A DNA stretch of 64,000 bases from an uncultured Clostridia bacterium (GTDB taxonomy: Bacteria > Bacillota > Clostridia > TANB77 > CAG-508): the NCBI GenBank assembly GCA_947623555.1, contig CANQGW010000004.1, positions 259 to 64,258 of the forward strand, given 5' to 3'. Each line of letters begins with the position of its first letter. Positions within the stretch are counted from its first letter, which is position 1. Made by a program: the position numbers and the translations under genes. The notes under the pieces are model-generated. The model did not search any database, was not told the origin of the DNA, and saw only the letters and a list, made by a program, of their open reading frames with translations. This document shows, in pieces, positions 20,046 through 30,851 of the stretch.

Positions 20046-20927
20046 ATGGAAAAACAAATTAAATCTTTTTTAGAATTTCTACAAGATGAAAAAAAGCTAT
20101 CAGAAAACACTTTACAGTCATATAGAAGAGATATTATGCAATTTGAAGAATATGTAACAAAAAATAAAATAAACTTCTTAAAATTTAATCAAGAAGATAC
20201 AAAAGCCTATCTAAAATATTTACAAGAAGTAGGTAAAAAAACTTCAACTATTTCTAGAAATTTGGCATCTTTAAGATCTTTTTATCAATATTTAATTAGA
20301 GTTAAAAAAGTAAAACATGATCCAACAGACGATATTCAAGCACCTAAAGTAGAAAAAAGAATTCCTAGTGTTCTTACTTCACAAGAAGTTGAATTATTAT
20401 TAGATCAACCTAAAAATGTTGATTTAAAGGGAATTAGGGATAAAGCAATGCTAGAATTTGCTTATGCAACAGGTATGAGAGTTACAGAAATTATTTCTTT
20501 AAATTTGAATGACGTAAATTTAGAAGAAGGTTTTGTAATTTGCAAACAAGGTTCTAAACAAAGAAATATTCCACTTGGTTCTTTATCTTTAAAAGCTTTG
20601 ACAGAATACATAAATGAAGCAAGATCAGTACTTATTAAAAATGATAAGGAAACAGCTTTATTTGTTAATATAAATGGCAAAAGGCTAACAAGGCAGGGAT
20701 TTTGGAAAATAGTAAAATATTATAAAGAACAAGCTCATATTACTAAAGATATTACTCCACATGTATTAAGACATTCTTTTGCAACACATTTATTACAAAA
20801 TGGAGCAGATCTAAAATCAATTCAAACTATGCTTGGACATTCTGATATTTCTTCTACACAAGTTTATATGCAATTTCAAAATTCTGGTTTGAAAAACATT
20901 TATCAAAAAGCTCATCCAAGAGCATAA
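20046..20927 (+). CDS. xerD: Site-specific tyrosine recombinase XerD
   Basis: LSENTLQSYRRDI, ATGMRVTEIISL, HVLRHSFATHLLQNGADLKSIQTMLGHSDISSTQVY. Confidence 0.85.
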   Translation: MEKQIKSFLEFLQDEKKLSENTLQSYRRDIMQFEEYVTKNKINFLKFNQEDTKAYLKYLQEVGKKTSTISRNLASLRSFYQYLIRVKKVKHDPTDDIQAPKVEKRIPSVLTSQEVELLLDQPKNVDLKGIRDKAMLEFAYATGMRVTEIISLNLNDVNLEEGFVICKQGSKQRNIPLGSLSLKALTEYINEARSVLIKNDKETALFVNINGKRLTRQGFWKIVKYYKEQAHITKDITPHVLRHSFATHLLQNGADLKSIQTMLGHSDISSTQVYMQFQNSGLKNIYQKAHPRA

Positions 20928-20984
20928 ATATATTGAAAAAGGAAACTAAAATATAAGTTTCCTTTTCTTTTTGGCAAAAAGCTC

Positions 20985-21013
20985 TTGACAGTTTACAATA
21001 ATCAATATAAAAT
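20985..21013 (+). promoter_or_regulatory. Sigma-A type promoter candidate for rny
   Basis: TTGACA (20985-20990), a 17-nt spacer, then TAAAAT. Confidence 0.4.
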
Positions 21014-21110
21014 AATAATGTAGGTAAATATATTCTAATGTAAATTTTAGAAATTTAGTTATATATATTTAGCACATTGAAAATTAAATAAGAAAGAGGT
21101 GTATAAGATT

Positions 21111-22652
21111 ATGGATATCGTAATCAATATCGCCGTTTTTCTAATTTCAGCAGTAATTTTTACTTTCGTTGGAATGTTTTTGAGAAAAAAAGTTGCAGAG
21201 TCTAAAATGGAAAGTGCAGAAAATGAAGCAAAAAAAATAATTGAAATGGCAAACATAGAAGCAGAAAATAAGAAAAAAGAAGAAATTATCAAGGCAAAAG
21301 AAGAAATTATGAATTCCAGAAAGGACTTGGACGCAGAAATTAGAGAAAGAAGAGGTGATATTCAAAATCAAGAAAGAAGATTAATTCAGAAGGAAGAAAA
21401 CCTAGAAAGAAAACAAGACATGGTAGAAAAAAAGGAAAAGGATTTAGAAAATAAATATCACGAATTAGATTTTAAAAAAGCAGAAATTGAAAATATATTA
21501 AACAAACAAATTGAAGAGCTACAAAAAATTTCTGGGTTATCTAAAGAAGAGGCAAAACAAATTTTACTTTCTGAAATTGAAAAACAATTAACTGCAGAAA
21601 AAGCAAATCTAGTAAGAAATATGGAAAACAAACTAAAAGAAGAATCTGAAAAAAGCGCAAAAGAAATAATTGGTTATGCTATTCAAAAGTGTGCAGCAGA
21701 CCATACTTCTGAAACTACTGTATCTATTGTTGCTCTTCCAAATGATGATATGAAAGGTAGAATTATTGGTAGAGAAGGTAGAAACATTAAAACTTTAGAA
21801 ACTTTAACAGGTATTGATTTAATTATTGATGACACCCCAGAGGCTGTTGTTATTTCAGGTTTTGACCCATTAAGAAGAGAAGTAGCTAGAATTGCTCTTG
21901 AGAAATTAATTGATGATGGAAGAATTCATCCTGCTAAAATTGAAGAAATGGTTGAAAAAGCTAAAGAAGAAATAGAGCATACCATAAAAGAAGAAGGAGA
22001 AAGAGCAGTACTAGAAACTGGTGTCATTGGTTTAAATCCTGACTTAATTAAACTAATAGGAAAATTGAAATACAGAACAAGTTATGGTCAAAACGTTTTA
22101 AATCATTCAATTGAAGTATCTAATTTAGCAAGAATTATGGCAGAAGAATTAGGGCTAGACCCTAAACTTGCAAGACGTGCAGGTTTGCTACATGATATTG
22201 GTAAAGCATTAGACCATGATATGGAAGGCACTCATGTACAACTTGGCGTTGACATTTTAAAGAGATATAAAGAAAATGAAAATGTAATAAATGCAGTTGA
22301 AGCACATCACGGAGATGTAGAGCCAAAAACAATTGAAGCTGTACTTGTACAAGCTGCTGATGCTATTTCAGCATCAAGACCTGGAGCTAGAAGGGAAACA
22401 TTAGAAGCATACATAAAGAGGCTAGAGCAGTTAGAAAGTATAGCAGATTCTTTTGAAGGTGTAGATAAATCTTTTGCTATACAAGCTGGTAGGGAAATTA
22501 GAATTATTGTTAAACCTGAAAAAATTAATGATGATCAAATGACTTTAATGGCTAGAGATATTGCCAAAAAGGTAGAAGAAGAAATGGAATATCCGGGACA
22601 AATTAAAGTTAATGTAGTTAGAGAAACTAGAGTAATTGATTATGCAAAATAA
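21111..22652 (+). CDS. rny: Ribonuclease Y
   Basis: N-terminal TM segment, coiled coil, KH domain ([26 protein letters not shown]) and HD domain ([10 protein letters not shown]...HH). Confidence 0.93.
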   Translation: MDIVINIAVFLISAVIFTFVGMFLRKKVAESKMESAENEAKKIIEMANIEAENKKKEEIIKAKEEIMNSRKDLDAEIRERRGDIQNQERRLIQKEENLERKQDMVEKKEKDLENKYHELDFKKAEIENILNKQIEELQKISGLSKEEAKQILLSEIEKQLTAEKANLVRNMENKLKEESEKSAKEIIGYAIQKCAADHTSETTVSIVALPNDDMKGRIIGREGRNIKTLETLTGIDLIIDDTPEAVVISGFDPLRREVARIALEKLIDDGRIHPAKIEEMVEKAKEEIEHTIKEEGERAVLETGVIGLNPDLIKLIGKLKYRTSYGQNVLNHSIEVSNLARIMAEELGLDPKLARRAGLLHDIGKALDHDMEGTHVQLGVDILKRYKENENVINAVEAHHGDVEPKTIEAVLVQAADAISASRPGARRETLEAYIKRLEQLESIADSFEGVDKSFAIQAGREIRIIVKPEKINDDQMTLMARDIAKKVEEEMEYPGQIKVNVVRETRVIDYAK

Positions 22653-22661
22653 GTATTATAG

Positions 22662-22693
22662 ATGTAACTGTTTATATAACAGTTACATTTTTT
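22662..22693 (+). terminator. Rho-independent terminator of rny
   Basis: ATGTAACTGTT-tatat-AACAGTTACAT followed by TTTTT. Confidence 0.7.
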
Positions 22694-22779
22694 AATTTAT
22701 AAAAATTTCATAAACATATTGTGATTTTTCAAATTTCCATATATAATATTAATGTTAAATTGAAGGGGGAAATAAACAT

Positions 22780-23778
22780 ATGTCTTTCATTGAAACAATT
22801 AAACAAAAAGCAAAGCAAAATATTAAAACCATTATTCTTCCAGAAAGCGAAGACATAAGAGTATTAAAAGCAGCAGAAAAAGCATTAAAAGAAGAATATG
22901 CTAACATTATTTTAATAGGAAATGTAGAAGAGGTAATGAGCAGAGCAAAAGAAAATAATATAGATATTTCTAATGCTAAAATATTAGATCCAACTACATC
23001 AGAAAAATATAATGAATATGTTAATACATTTTATGAATTACGAAAAAGCAAAGGCATAACAATAGAAGATGCTAAAAAGCTTATATTAGAACCAATATAT
23101 TTTGGAATGATGATGTTAAAACAAGGAGAAGCAGATGGTTTAGTTTCTGGAGCTTGCCATACAACCGCAAACACATTAAGGCCAGCACTTCAAATTTTAA
23201 AAACAGCACCTGGAACAAAATTAGTATCAGCATTTTTTGCAATGGTTGTTCCAAACTGTGAGTATGGTGAAGATGGAGTGTTTGTTTTTGGAGACTGTGG
23301 TTTAGTTGAAAATCCAACAGCTGACGAATTATCTGAAATTGCCATTTCATCAAGTAAAAGTTTTGAAAGTTTAACTGGAAAAGAAGCAAAAGTAGCATTA
23401 CTTTCTTATTCTAGTCATGGAAGTGCACATTCAGAATTAACAGAAAAGGTAGTCGAAGCTACAAAATTATTGAAAGAAAAAGAGCCTAACTTAAAATGTG
23501 ATGGAGAGCTACAGTTAGATGCAGCAATAGTGCCAGAAGTAGCAAAGTCAAAAGCACCTGAAAGTGAAATTTCAGGAAATGCAAACACGTTAATATTTCC
23601 AGACTTAAACGCTGGAAATATTGGTTACAAATTAGTACAAAGGTTAGGAAAAGCAGAAGCTTATGGCCCACTTTGTCAGGGAATTGCAAAACCTGTAAAT
23701 GATTTATCAAGAGGATGTAATGTAGACGACATAGCTGGTGTAATAGCAATTACTTGTGTTCAAGCACAAGAGCAATAA
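22780..23778 (+). CDS. pta: Phosphate acetyltransferase
   Basis: IILPESEDIRVLKAA...ADGLVSGA...HTTANTLRPALQI...NAGNIGYKLVQRL. Confidence 0.92.
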   Translation: MSFIETIKQKAKQNIKTIILPESEDIRVLKAAEKALKEEYANIILIGNVEEVMSRAKENNIDISNAKILDPTTSEKYNEYVNTFYELRKSKGITIEDAKKLILEPIYFGMMMLKQGEADGLVSGACHTTANTLRPALQILKTAPGTKLVSAFFAMVVPNCEYGEDGVFVFGDCGLVENPTADELSEIAISSSKSFESLTGKEAKVALLSYSSHGSAHSELTEKVVEATKLLKEKEPNLKCDGELQLDAAIVPEVAKSKAPESEISGNANTLIFPDLNAGNIGYKLVQRLGKAEAYGPLCQGIAKPVNDLSRGCNVDDIAGVIAITCVQAQEQ

Positions 23779-23801
23779 TATATAATTAGGAGGAAATAAT
23801 A

Positions 23802-25001
23802 ATGAAAATTTTAGTTGTAAATTGTGGAAGTTCATCTATTAAATATCAATTAATAGATATGGAAGATGAGAGCGTAATGGCAAAAGGTTATTTAGAAAGA
23901 ATAGGTTTAGCAGATTCTTTCTTAACACATACTGTAAATGGAGAAAAACATAAAATTGAAAAAGTAGTAAACACACACGAAGAGGGAATGGCATTAGTAT
24001 TAGAGCAATTAACTCACCCAGAATATGGTGTTATTAGTAGTTTAAATGAAATAGATGCAATAGGACATAGAGTATTACATGGAGGAGAAAAATTAAGTCA
24101 GTCAGTTTTAATTACAGATGAAGTAATAGATGTTATTAAAGAATGTATTCCATTAGGACCTTTACACAATCCAGCACAAATTAAAGGAATTGAAGCTTGT
24201 AGAGAGGTAATGGGAGATATTCCAATGGTTGCTGTGTTTGATACAGCATTTCATCAAACACTACCTAAAAAAGCATATATTTATCCAATTCCTTATGAAT
24301 ATTACGAAAAATATGGAGTTAGAAAATACGGATTTCATGGAACATCACATAGGTTTGTTGCTAAAAGAGTAGCAGAACTAATGAATAAGCCATTAGAAGA
24401 TTTAAAAATAGTTGCTTGCCATTTAGGTCAAGGTGCAAGCTTATGTGCTATAGAAGGTGGAAAATCTGTTGATACTACTATGGGATTAACACCACTTGCA
24501 GGTGTTCCTATGGGAACAAGGTCAGGAGATATAGACCCATCTATTGTTACTTTCTTAATGAAAAAGGAAAACCTAACACCTGACGAAATGGACAACATAT
24601 TAAATAAAAAATCTGGAAAATTAGCACTTTCAGGAATTAGCTTTGACGATAGAGACATAGAAAAAGCAGCAGCAGAGGGAAATGAAAGGGCTAAACTATC
24701 AATAGATGTATTTGTTTATCAAGTAATTGGTGCAATAGGAAAATATGTAGCACAAATGAATGGAGTAGATGTAATTACATTTGCTGGTGGCGTAGGTGAA
24801 AATGGAATTGAAGTTAGAAAACAAGTATGTAAATCACTTGAATATTTAGGATTAAAAATAGACGAAGAAAAAAATAATTGTAAAGGAAAAGAAGTAGAAA
24901 TAAGTACTAAAGACTCTAAAGTGAAAGTATTTGTTGTGCCAACTAACGAAGAGCTAATGATCGCAATGGACACTCAAGAAATAGTAAATAAGAATAAATA
25001 A
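23802..25001 (+). CDS. ackA: Acetate kinase
   Basis: [17 protein letters not shown]...GHRVLHGGE...FDTAFHQT...YGFHGTSH...EELMIA. Confidence 0.95.
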   Translation: MKILVVNCGSSSIKYQLIDMEDESVMAKGYLERIGLADSFLTHTVNGEKHKIEKVVNTHEEGMALVLEQLTHPEYGVISSLNEIDAIGHRVLHGGEKLSQSVLITDEVIDVIKECIPLGPLHNPAQIKGIEACREVMGDIPMVAVFDTAFHQTLPKKAYIYPIPYEYYEKYGVRKYGFHGTSHRFVAKRVAELMNKPLEDLKIVACHLGQGASLCAIEGGKSVDTTMGLTPLAGVPMGTRSGDIDPSIVTFLMKKENLTPDEMDNILNKKSGKLALSGISFDDRDIEKAAAEGNERAKLSIDVFVYQVIGAIGKYVAQMNGVDVITFAGGVGENGIEVRKQVCKSLEYLGLKIDEEKNNCKGKEVEISTKDSKVKVFVVPTNEELMIAMDTQEIVNKNK

Positions 25002-25012
25002 TGACGTTTATT

Positions 25013-25045
25013 AAAAAAGCAAGAGTATTATTCTCTTGCTTTTTT
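25013..25045. terminator. Bidirectional terminator between the convergent ackA and recombinase genes
   Basis: AAAAAA-GCAAGAG-tattatt-CTCTTGC-TTTTTT. Confidence 0.7.
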
Positions 25046-25052
25046 GCTATAT

Positions 25053-26027
25053 TTATTTAGTATTTAATGGATTACTTTCAACAGCATTTCTTACTTGTTC
25101 ATTTTCAACATGAGTATAAATTTGAGTAGTAGAAATATTTTGGTGTCCTAATAATACTTGCAATGCCCTAATATCAACATTACCATACTGGTACATTAGT
25201 GTAGCTGCTGTATGCCTTAATTTATGAGTAGAATATTTATTAATATCCAAGCCTGCCTTTGCAAGTTCTCTTTTCACAATTTCTTGTACCATTCTATTAC
25301 TAATACGTTCTTTTCTTTTACTTAAAAATAGGGCATCCTTATCATCATATTTTACACCTTCATGAGGTCTAACTTTTAAATATTCATTTATTGCATCTAT
25401 ACATGCTTTATTTAAATAAATAGTACGCTCCTTATTACCTTTACCAATTACAGTCATTCTATTTTCACTAAAATCAATATTTTTAATATTTATACCAACA
25501 AGTTCCGATAAACGCATACCACAGTTTAAAAATAGGGTAATTATTGCAAAATCTCTTTCTTTAAATTCAGAATCTTCATTTTTTACAACTTCTAAAAGTT
25601 TTTGACTATTTTCCAACGATAAATATTTAGGTAATCTTTTTTCTTGTTTTGGCGTTTCTAACCCTATAGTTGGGTCTTTATCAAGTATTCTTTCTTTATT
25701 TGTTAAATATTTAAAAAATACCCTAATACTTGCTACTTTTCTTGCTCTAGTTGCCGATTTACTATGATAAGTGTTTGTTAAATAGAAAAGAAAAGCATGA
25801 ATATCATCTAATTGTATTTTTTTAATAGTTTCAATAGACATATTTTTTATATCAATATCTTTTATATTTTCTTCATTTGATAAATTAAAACGCTTCATGA
25901 TAAATTTGAAGAAGTGTTTTAGGTCATAATTATATTCTTTTACAGTATTTTCAGATTTATTTAAAATAGTGGCAATATATTCTAAAAAAGAATTTAAAAA
26001 GTCTGGATTATTTGCAAGATCTATCAT
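25053..26027 (-). CDS. Tyrosine recombinase, XerC-like
   Basis: SENTVKEYNYDLKHFF, NCGMRLSELVGI, HKLRHTAATLMYQYGNVDIRALQVLLGHQNISTTQIYTHV. Confidence 0.8.
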   Translation of the reverse strand: MIDLANNPDFLNSFLEYIATILNKSENTVKEYNYDLKHFFKFIMKRFNLSNEENIKDIDIKNMSIETIKKIQLDDIHAFLFYLTNTYHSKSATRARKVASIRVFFKYLTNKERILDKDPTIGLETPKQEKRLPKYLSLENSQKLLEVVKNEDSEFKERDFAIITLFLNCGMRLSELVGINIKNIDFSENRMTVIGKGNKERTIYLNKACIDAINEYLKVRPHEGVKYDDKDALFLSKRKERISNRMVQEIVKRELAKAGLDINKYSTHKLRHTAATLMYQYGNVDIRALQVLLGHQNISTTQIYTHVENEQVRNAVESNPLNTK

Positions 26028-26153
26028 AATATTAACTCCTTTACATTATTATAATATCACTAATAAAAAATAAAAACAATTAGAATATTATATTTTTATG
26101 CATAGGTCATAAAAAAGAATTATTTCTTTTTTAAATTTTAAAACATATAATTT

Positions 26154-26450
26154 ATGAGCCTAATAGAGGTATACCATATGGAACAATTGCTAGATATAGT
26201 AAAGAATATTAAACCTTTTAAGATAAAATGTAAAGGTGTAACATTAAAAAGGGATGAAAGAGCCAATACTTATTATATTTTTTTAAATATAGTAGAAGGA
26301 AAAGAAATAATAAACCAAATTATATTATTAAAAAAGCTGAAAAACGCTAGGGTAGGAGAGAGGGCTAATTTTCAAAATTTTGAAAATATAAATTTAAAAA
26401 AATTTTCTAAAATTCAAATTATAAAAATAATATTAAATTTAATTAAATAA
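26154..26450 (+). CDS. Doubtful ORF; possibly a remnant of a 2H-phosphoesterase (LigT)-like gene
   Basis: It is the only open frame in a 1.2 kb AT-rich gap and has no convincing RBS. The segment KPFKIKCKGVTL...YYIFLNIVEG weakly resembles LigT half-sites. Confidence 0.2.
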   Translation: MSLIEVYHMEQLLDIVKNIKPFKIKCKGVTLKRDERANTYYIFLNIVEGKEIINQIILLKKLKNARVGERANFQNFENINLKKFSKIQIIKIILNLIK

Positions 26451-26668
26451 ATAAAAAATATAATTATAGAATTTAAAAATCTGAATTTTATAAAAATTTA
26501 AAATTTTTGATTACAAATTTGTTTGTATAATTTTATAAAAACCGAACATTTGTTATAATTAAAATTTTTTACAAATTTAAATGTAATTTTTATAAATATT
26601 TTATGATATTTCTAAAATGAATTTTTATTTATAACATTATAAAATAATTTCATTTTATAAAGCTTCAA

Positions 26669-27082
26669 AATCGATTTTAAGGCATTTTTATATTTAACTA
26701 ATAAAGTTAATCATTTGAAATTTAATTTGAATACTTAAAAATTATTATCTATATAATGTAAATTTGTTAAAACATTGCCAAATCAATGGCTTTTGAAAAA
26801 TACTAAAAAAATGACTAAAAAAGCGACGCACGAGAATCGATTTTAAGGCGTTTTTAAAAATTAGACATATAATTTGTTGTCTATAAATTTAAGCAAAATA
26901 TTGAAATATAAGGTTTTTAGGAATTTTGATAAAAATATTATAAAATAACTTAAAATTTTATATAACTAATTAATAAATTATAAAAAGATAATAATTAACT
27001 GTAAAACCTAAAAATATTGACGCGTCAGAATGAGCTTTAAGAGGTTTTTATAAAAAAGACATATAGTTTGTTGCTTAAAAAT
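26669..27082. repeat. Three degenerate copies of a repeat unit of roughly 25-65 bp in AT-rich non-coding DNA
   Basis: The units at 26825-26888 (GACGCACGAGAATCGATTTTAAGGCGTTTTTAAAAATTAGACATATAATTTGTTGTCTATAAAT) and 27019-27082 (GACGCGTCAGAATGAGCTTTAAGAGGTTTTTATAAAAAAGACATATAGTTTGTTGCTTAAAAAT) align at about 75-80% identity. A partial copy, AATCGATTTTAAGGCATTTTTA, lies at 26669-26690. Confidence 0.6.
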
Positions 27083-27276
27083 GTTAAAAGTAGCTATAAA
27101 TAGGCCATTATAAGAATGATAAACAATAAAAAATAGGACCATATAATAGAGGTTTTACTTAAATTTTCTCTACTCAATTGAACAAAAGTCTCATTTTGCG
27201 CAATTAGATACAACATTTTTTAGTATATAAAAACTACCCTATCTATATAAAAAGTAGAGATTAATTCTCTACTCTT

Positions 27277-28617
27277 TTATTTTACCTTTTTTAAAAAATA
27301 TGACATCTTTTCTAAAAATTCTGTATTAGTTTTTGTTTGCATCATTTGAGTAATTAGTTCTTCAGTAACCTCTGTTATAGACATTGTAGACATTGCTTTT
27401 CTTAATGCAAATACTGTTTCTAATTCTTTAGGGTCTAACAATAATTCTTCTTTTCTGGTTCCAGATTTGTTAATATCAATAGCTGGGAATATTCTCTTTT
27501 CTGATAATTTTCTGTCTAAATGTACTTCCATATTACCTGTTCCCTTAAATTCCTCAAAAATTACATCATCCATTCTACTTCCTGTTTCAATTAATGCTGT
27601 AGCTAAAATAGTAAGGCTACCCCCCTTCTCTATGTTTCTAGCTGCACCAAAGAATTTTTTAGGTTTATGAAGTGCACTTGGATCTAAACCTCCTGACAAA
27701 GTTCTTCCGGAAGATGGTATTACTAAATTGTATGCTCTTGCTAAACGTGTAATACTATCTAATAAAATAACTACATCTTTTTTCTGTTCTGTTAGCCTTT
27801 TTGCTCTCTCTAAAACCATTTCAGCTACTTTTACATGATGTTCTGGCAACTCATCAAATGTTGAAAAGATAACATCACCTTTTATACTTCTTCTCATATC
27901 TGTAACTTCTTCTGGTCTTTCATCAATTAATAATACTATTAGCTCTATTTCTGGATTATTTATAGTAATACTATTTGCTATTTTCTTTAATAAAGTAGTT
28001 TTTCCTACTTTAGGAGGTGCAACTATCATACCTCTTTGCCCTTTTCCTATTGGTGACATTAAGTCAATTATCCTCATAGCATATTCATTTGCAGTAGTTT
28101 CTAAATGAATTCTTTCGTTTGGATAAATAGGAATTAAATCATCAAATTTTTTTCTTTGATATGCTTTTTCAGGTGTTTCACCATTTACTTCTCCAACATA
28201 TATTAATGCTGGAAACTTTTCTCCATCTTTTGGCATTCTAGCAATACCTTTAATTTTGTCGCCTTTATCCAACCTAAACCTTCTTATTTGTACAGGAGAA
28301 ATATATACATCTTTTGGTGTAGATAAATAGTTTTCCCCTCTTAAAAAGCCATAACCATCAGGAAGTACTTCTAAAATTCCTTCTACTATTTGATCTTCTG
28401 AATTAGTTATTTTATAACCTTCGCTTGGTTCTTCTACTGTACTTTTAACACTTTCTTGAGCTTGTATAGTTTCAGCAGTAGCTTGTACATTTTCTTCTGT
28501 TAATAAACCAGAAAGTTCTTGTATAAGTTCATCTTTTTTTAGTTTAGAACTATTTTTAATTCCCTTTTCTTTTGCAAGTTGGCGTAATTCCACTAACGTA
28601 TAATTTTCTAAATTCAT
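27277..28617 (-). CDS. rho: Transcription termination factor Rho
   Basis: N-terminal [16 protein letters not shown]-binding [15 protein letters not shown]-loop [12 protein letters not shown], and the conserved C-terminal domain. Confidence 0.95.
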   Translation of the reverse strand: MNLENYTLVELRQLAKEKGIKNSSKLKKDELIQELSGLLTEENVQATAETIQAQESVKSTVEEPSEGYKITNSEDQIVEGILEVLPDGYGFLRGENYLSTPKDVYISPVQIRRFRLDKGDKIKGIARMPKDGEKFPALIYVGEVNGETPEKAYQRKKFDDLIPIYPNERIHLETTANEYAMRIIDLMSPIGKGQRGMIVAPPKVGKTTLLKKIANSITINNPEIELIVLLIDERPEEVTDMRRSIKGDVIFSTFDELPEHHVKVAEMVLERAKRLTEQKKDVVILLDSITRLARAYNLVIPSSGRTLSGGLDPSALHKPKKFFGAARNIEKGGSLTILATALIETGSRMDDVIFEEFKGTGNMEVHLDRKLSEKRIFPAIDINKSGTRKEELLLDPKELETVFALRKAMSTMSITEVTEELITQMMQTKTNTEFLEKMSYFLKKVK

Positions 28618-28756
28618 ATAATTCCCCCTATATTTTTTATTTATATATAATAACTTTATTTTTTATTGGAATAATTAGGATAAAAACAAACTTTGATAAA
28701 AAATAAATAGATTCAATATAAAATAATGAGGAGGTTTTCCCTCTCTCATTATGTAT

Positions 28757-29038
28757 TTATTTACTAACATCAATGTATACCTTTTCATTAGGTAGATACA
28801 TATTTAATTTATCTCTAGCTATTTCTTCTATATATTCTTTTGAATTAAGATTAGCTTTAGTTTGGTTTAATTCTTCTTGCTTTTCTTCTTCTTCAGCAAT
28901 TTGTTGTAAATAGCGCTCTTGATCAGCCTTATATGCGTTTAACTCTTTTTGCTGCACAAAGAATGTATATATAACATAAGTTATAACTGCTATGATAAAT
29001 AACCTTTTTAAAATTAGTTTTATATTTTCCCTTTTCAT
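28757..29038 (-). CDS. Septum formation initiator family protein (DivIC/FtsB-like)
   Basis: Single N-terminal TM segment, a coiled coil, and the C-terminal motif IEEIARDKLNMYLPNEKVY. Confidence 0.8.
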   Translation of the reverse strand: MKRENIKLILKRLFIIAVITYVIYTFFVQQKELNAYKADQERYLQQIAEEEEKQEELNQTKANLNSKEYIEEIARDKLNMYLPNEKVYIDVSK

Positions 29039-29140
29039 ATGTACTTTTTGTTCCTTATTATTTACTTGTATGATTATACCATACCATATTTATTTTTTCT
29101 ACATTTTTCATAAAAATCCTTTAATTTGTTATTAAATTTC

Positions 29141-29581
29141 TTAATTTTTTACTAATTTTTTGTTCGTTTTTGTCATATTTTTACATTTATTAAATATTTT
29201 TTTAAACACATTTACAAAAGGATTTATTATAATTTTTTTGATAATATTAATTGGATAAGATATAATCTTTTTTATTAATTGAATTACAAGAACACTGTAT
29301 TTTATAATAAATTTGCTAATTGTTAACATATATATTAATATTCCAAATATCATTCCTATAAATATATAAATTCTAATTTCACCATTATTAAATTTAAAAA
29401 TACTAAATAAAATAACTAACCCAGTTAAAATCCAAAACAAAATATCTTGTATATATGTAATCCAATCAGAAGTTTTAAAACTTTTCCTTAATATTCTAAA
29501 AAAGTCAAACAAAATTCCAATTACAATTCCTGTTAAAATAAATGTTATTAAGGAAAATAGCTGTTTATAAACTTCGCTCAT
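29141..29581 (-). CDS. yabQ: Spore cortex biosynthesis protein YabQ
   Basis: MSEVYKQLFSLITFILTGIVIGILFDFFRILRK. It lies directly downstream of yabP. ATG at 29581 after AGGTGA; an alternative GTG lies at 29590. Confidence 0.75.
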   Translation of the reverse strand: MSEVYKQLFSLITFILTGIVIGILFDFFRILRKSFKTSDWITYIQDILFWILTGLVILFSIFKFNNGEIRIYIFIGMIFGILIYMLTISKFIIKYSVLVIQLIKKIISYPINIIKKIIINPFVNVFKKIFNKCKNMTKTNKKLVKN

Positions 29582-29590
29582 ACTTATCAC

Positions 29591-29902
29591 CTACTTAAAT
29601 ATTTTGTTTAAAAATCCTCCACTTTTTTCTAATGTATCTTTTTCACTATAAGCAAGTTGAGCAATTTCACCATCAACAGTTACTTCAGAACTATCCAAAC
29701 TTAACTTGTTAATTCTTATATTTTCTCCCTTTATAGTTAATAAACCAAGTTCTGTTTCTAAAATCACAATTTGATCGTCAAAGCTCAAAACATCTAATAC
29801 ACCTGTAATATTTAATTTCTCTCTGTTTTCTAACACAATATTTTGCACAACACCTGTCATAGCTGACATTGCTTTTCTTTCGTCAATTGACATTTTAATC
29901 AC
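29591..29902 (-). CDS. yabP: Sporulation protein YabP
   Basis: ENREKLNITGVLDVLSFDDQIVILETELGLLTIKGENIRINKL. Confidence 0.85.
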   Translation of the reverse strand: MIKMSIDERKAMSAMTGVVQNIVLENREKLNITGVLDVLSFDDQIVILETELGLLTIKGENIRINKLSLDSSEVTVDGEIAQLAYSEKDTLEKSGGFLNKIFK

Positions 29903-29976
29903 TCCTTTAAAAATAGTCTATTTATATATATTCAGGTCTTGTCTAATTTAGAACCATAAATTTGCTTATAAGCCAA

Positions 29977-30014
29977 TAAAAAAATACTAATGAGTTTTTA
30001 AACCTCATTAGTAT
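29977..30014 (-). terminator. Rho-independent terminator downstream of the aspartokinase gene
   Basis: ATACTAATGAG...CTCATTAGTAT stem with a flanking A/T run. Confidence 0.55.
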
Positions 30015-30022
30015 TTTAAAGC

Positions 30023-30754
30023 TTATGTAGAACATACAATGCTTTTGTTTTCTGTTGCAACAGGTGATGTAACTATTATTTTTATATCGTACTTTTTAGC
30101 TATTTTTATACATCTATCATGTAAAACTTTAGCACCATTTTGTACTAAAATCATCATATCATCATAAGAAATTTGCTTTATTATTTTAGCATCTTTATAT
30201 TTATTTGGATCTTTATCATATACACCATCTGTATCGGTAAATATATAACACTCCTCTTGTTCTAATGCCGCGCAGATGGCTACAGCTGTAGTATCAGATC
30301 CATCCCTTCCTAGTGTAGTAATATTTTGATTTTCATCCACTCCTTGAAAACCTGCAATAACTACTACTTCATTTGTTTCTAACAAATCATATATTCTATT
30401 AGTATAAATATCTTGTATTTTAGCCTGTGTATGATTAGAATCTGTTACAATACCTGCTTGCCATCCCGTCATAGAAGTTGCCTTATGGTTCATCTCATTT
30501 AATAAAATAGCAAGTTTAGAACAACTTATTTGTTCGCCTGTTGATAATAACATATCTAATTCTCTTTTGTTTGGCTCCATACTTAATTCTTTTGCTTGTT
30601 CTAATAATTTATCTGTTGTATTTCCTTGTGCTGACACAATTACCACTACTTTTGTATCTTCCTGTAAAAAAGAAATAATTTTTTCAGCAGCTATCTTTAG
30701 TTTATTATTGTCAGCAACAGAACTGCCTCCAAATTTCATAACAATTAAATTCAT
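30023..30754 (-). CDS. Aspartate kinase catalytic (amino-acid kinase) domain protein, short form without ACT domains
   Basis: MNLIVMKFGGSSVADNNKLKIAAEKI...VVVIVSAQGNTTDKLL...GRDGSDTTAVAICAAL. It is only 243 aa long. Confidence 0.7.
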   Translation of the reverse strand: MNLIVMKFGGSSVADNNKLKIAAEKIISFLQEDTKVVVIVSAQGNTTDKLLEQAKELSMEPNKRELDMLLSTGEQISCSKLAILLNEMNHKATSMTGWQAGIVTDSNHTQAKIQDIYTNRIYDLLETNEVVVIAGFQGVDENQNITTLGRDGSDTTAVAICAALEQEECYIFTDTDGVYDKDPNKYKDAKIIKQISYDDMMILVQNGAKVLHDRCIKIAKKYDIKIIVTSPVATENKSIVCST

Positions 30755-30851
30755 AAAAAATCACAAATCCTTGCATATAAAGTGTAAGTCAATTTAAGTT
30801 TAAATTTGACTGCTATATTATATGCAATTATAAGAATTTATGTTAATGCAT

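Noticed and set aside
26737-26764. Candidate dif sites: AAAAATTATTA-TCTATA-TAATGTAAATT at 26737-26764, and TTTACATTATTATAATATCAC at about 26040-26065.
   Set aside because: Only the XerD-arm half resembles TTATGTAAA(C)T, at 8-9 of 11 positions. The XerC arm and the spacing do not fit. The second candidate overlaps the recombinase RBS. These are likely chance matches in AT-rich DNA.
26450-27270. A CRISPR array or degenerate CRISPR in the AT-rich gap.
   Set aside because: The repeats are only about 75-80% identical, irregularly spaced (about 167 and 194 bp) and much longer than CRISPR repeats. No cas genes are present.
25053-27276. An integron: an integrase with a divergent array of attC-like repeats and cassettes.
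   Set aside because: The recombinase has normal XerC/XerD spacing between the KGxKxR region and HxLRH, without the IntI-specific insertion. The repeats lack the RYYYAAC/GTTRRRY core sites. The only ORF in the tract is dubious.
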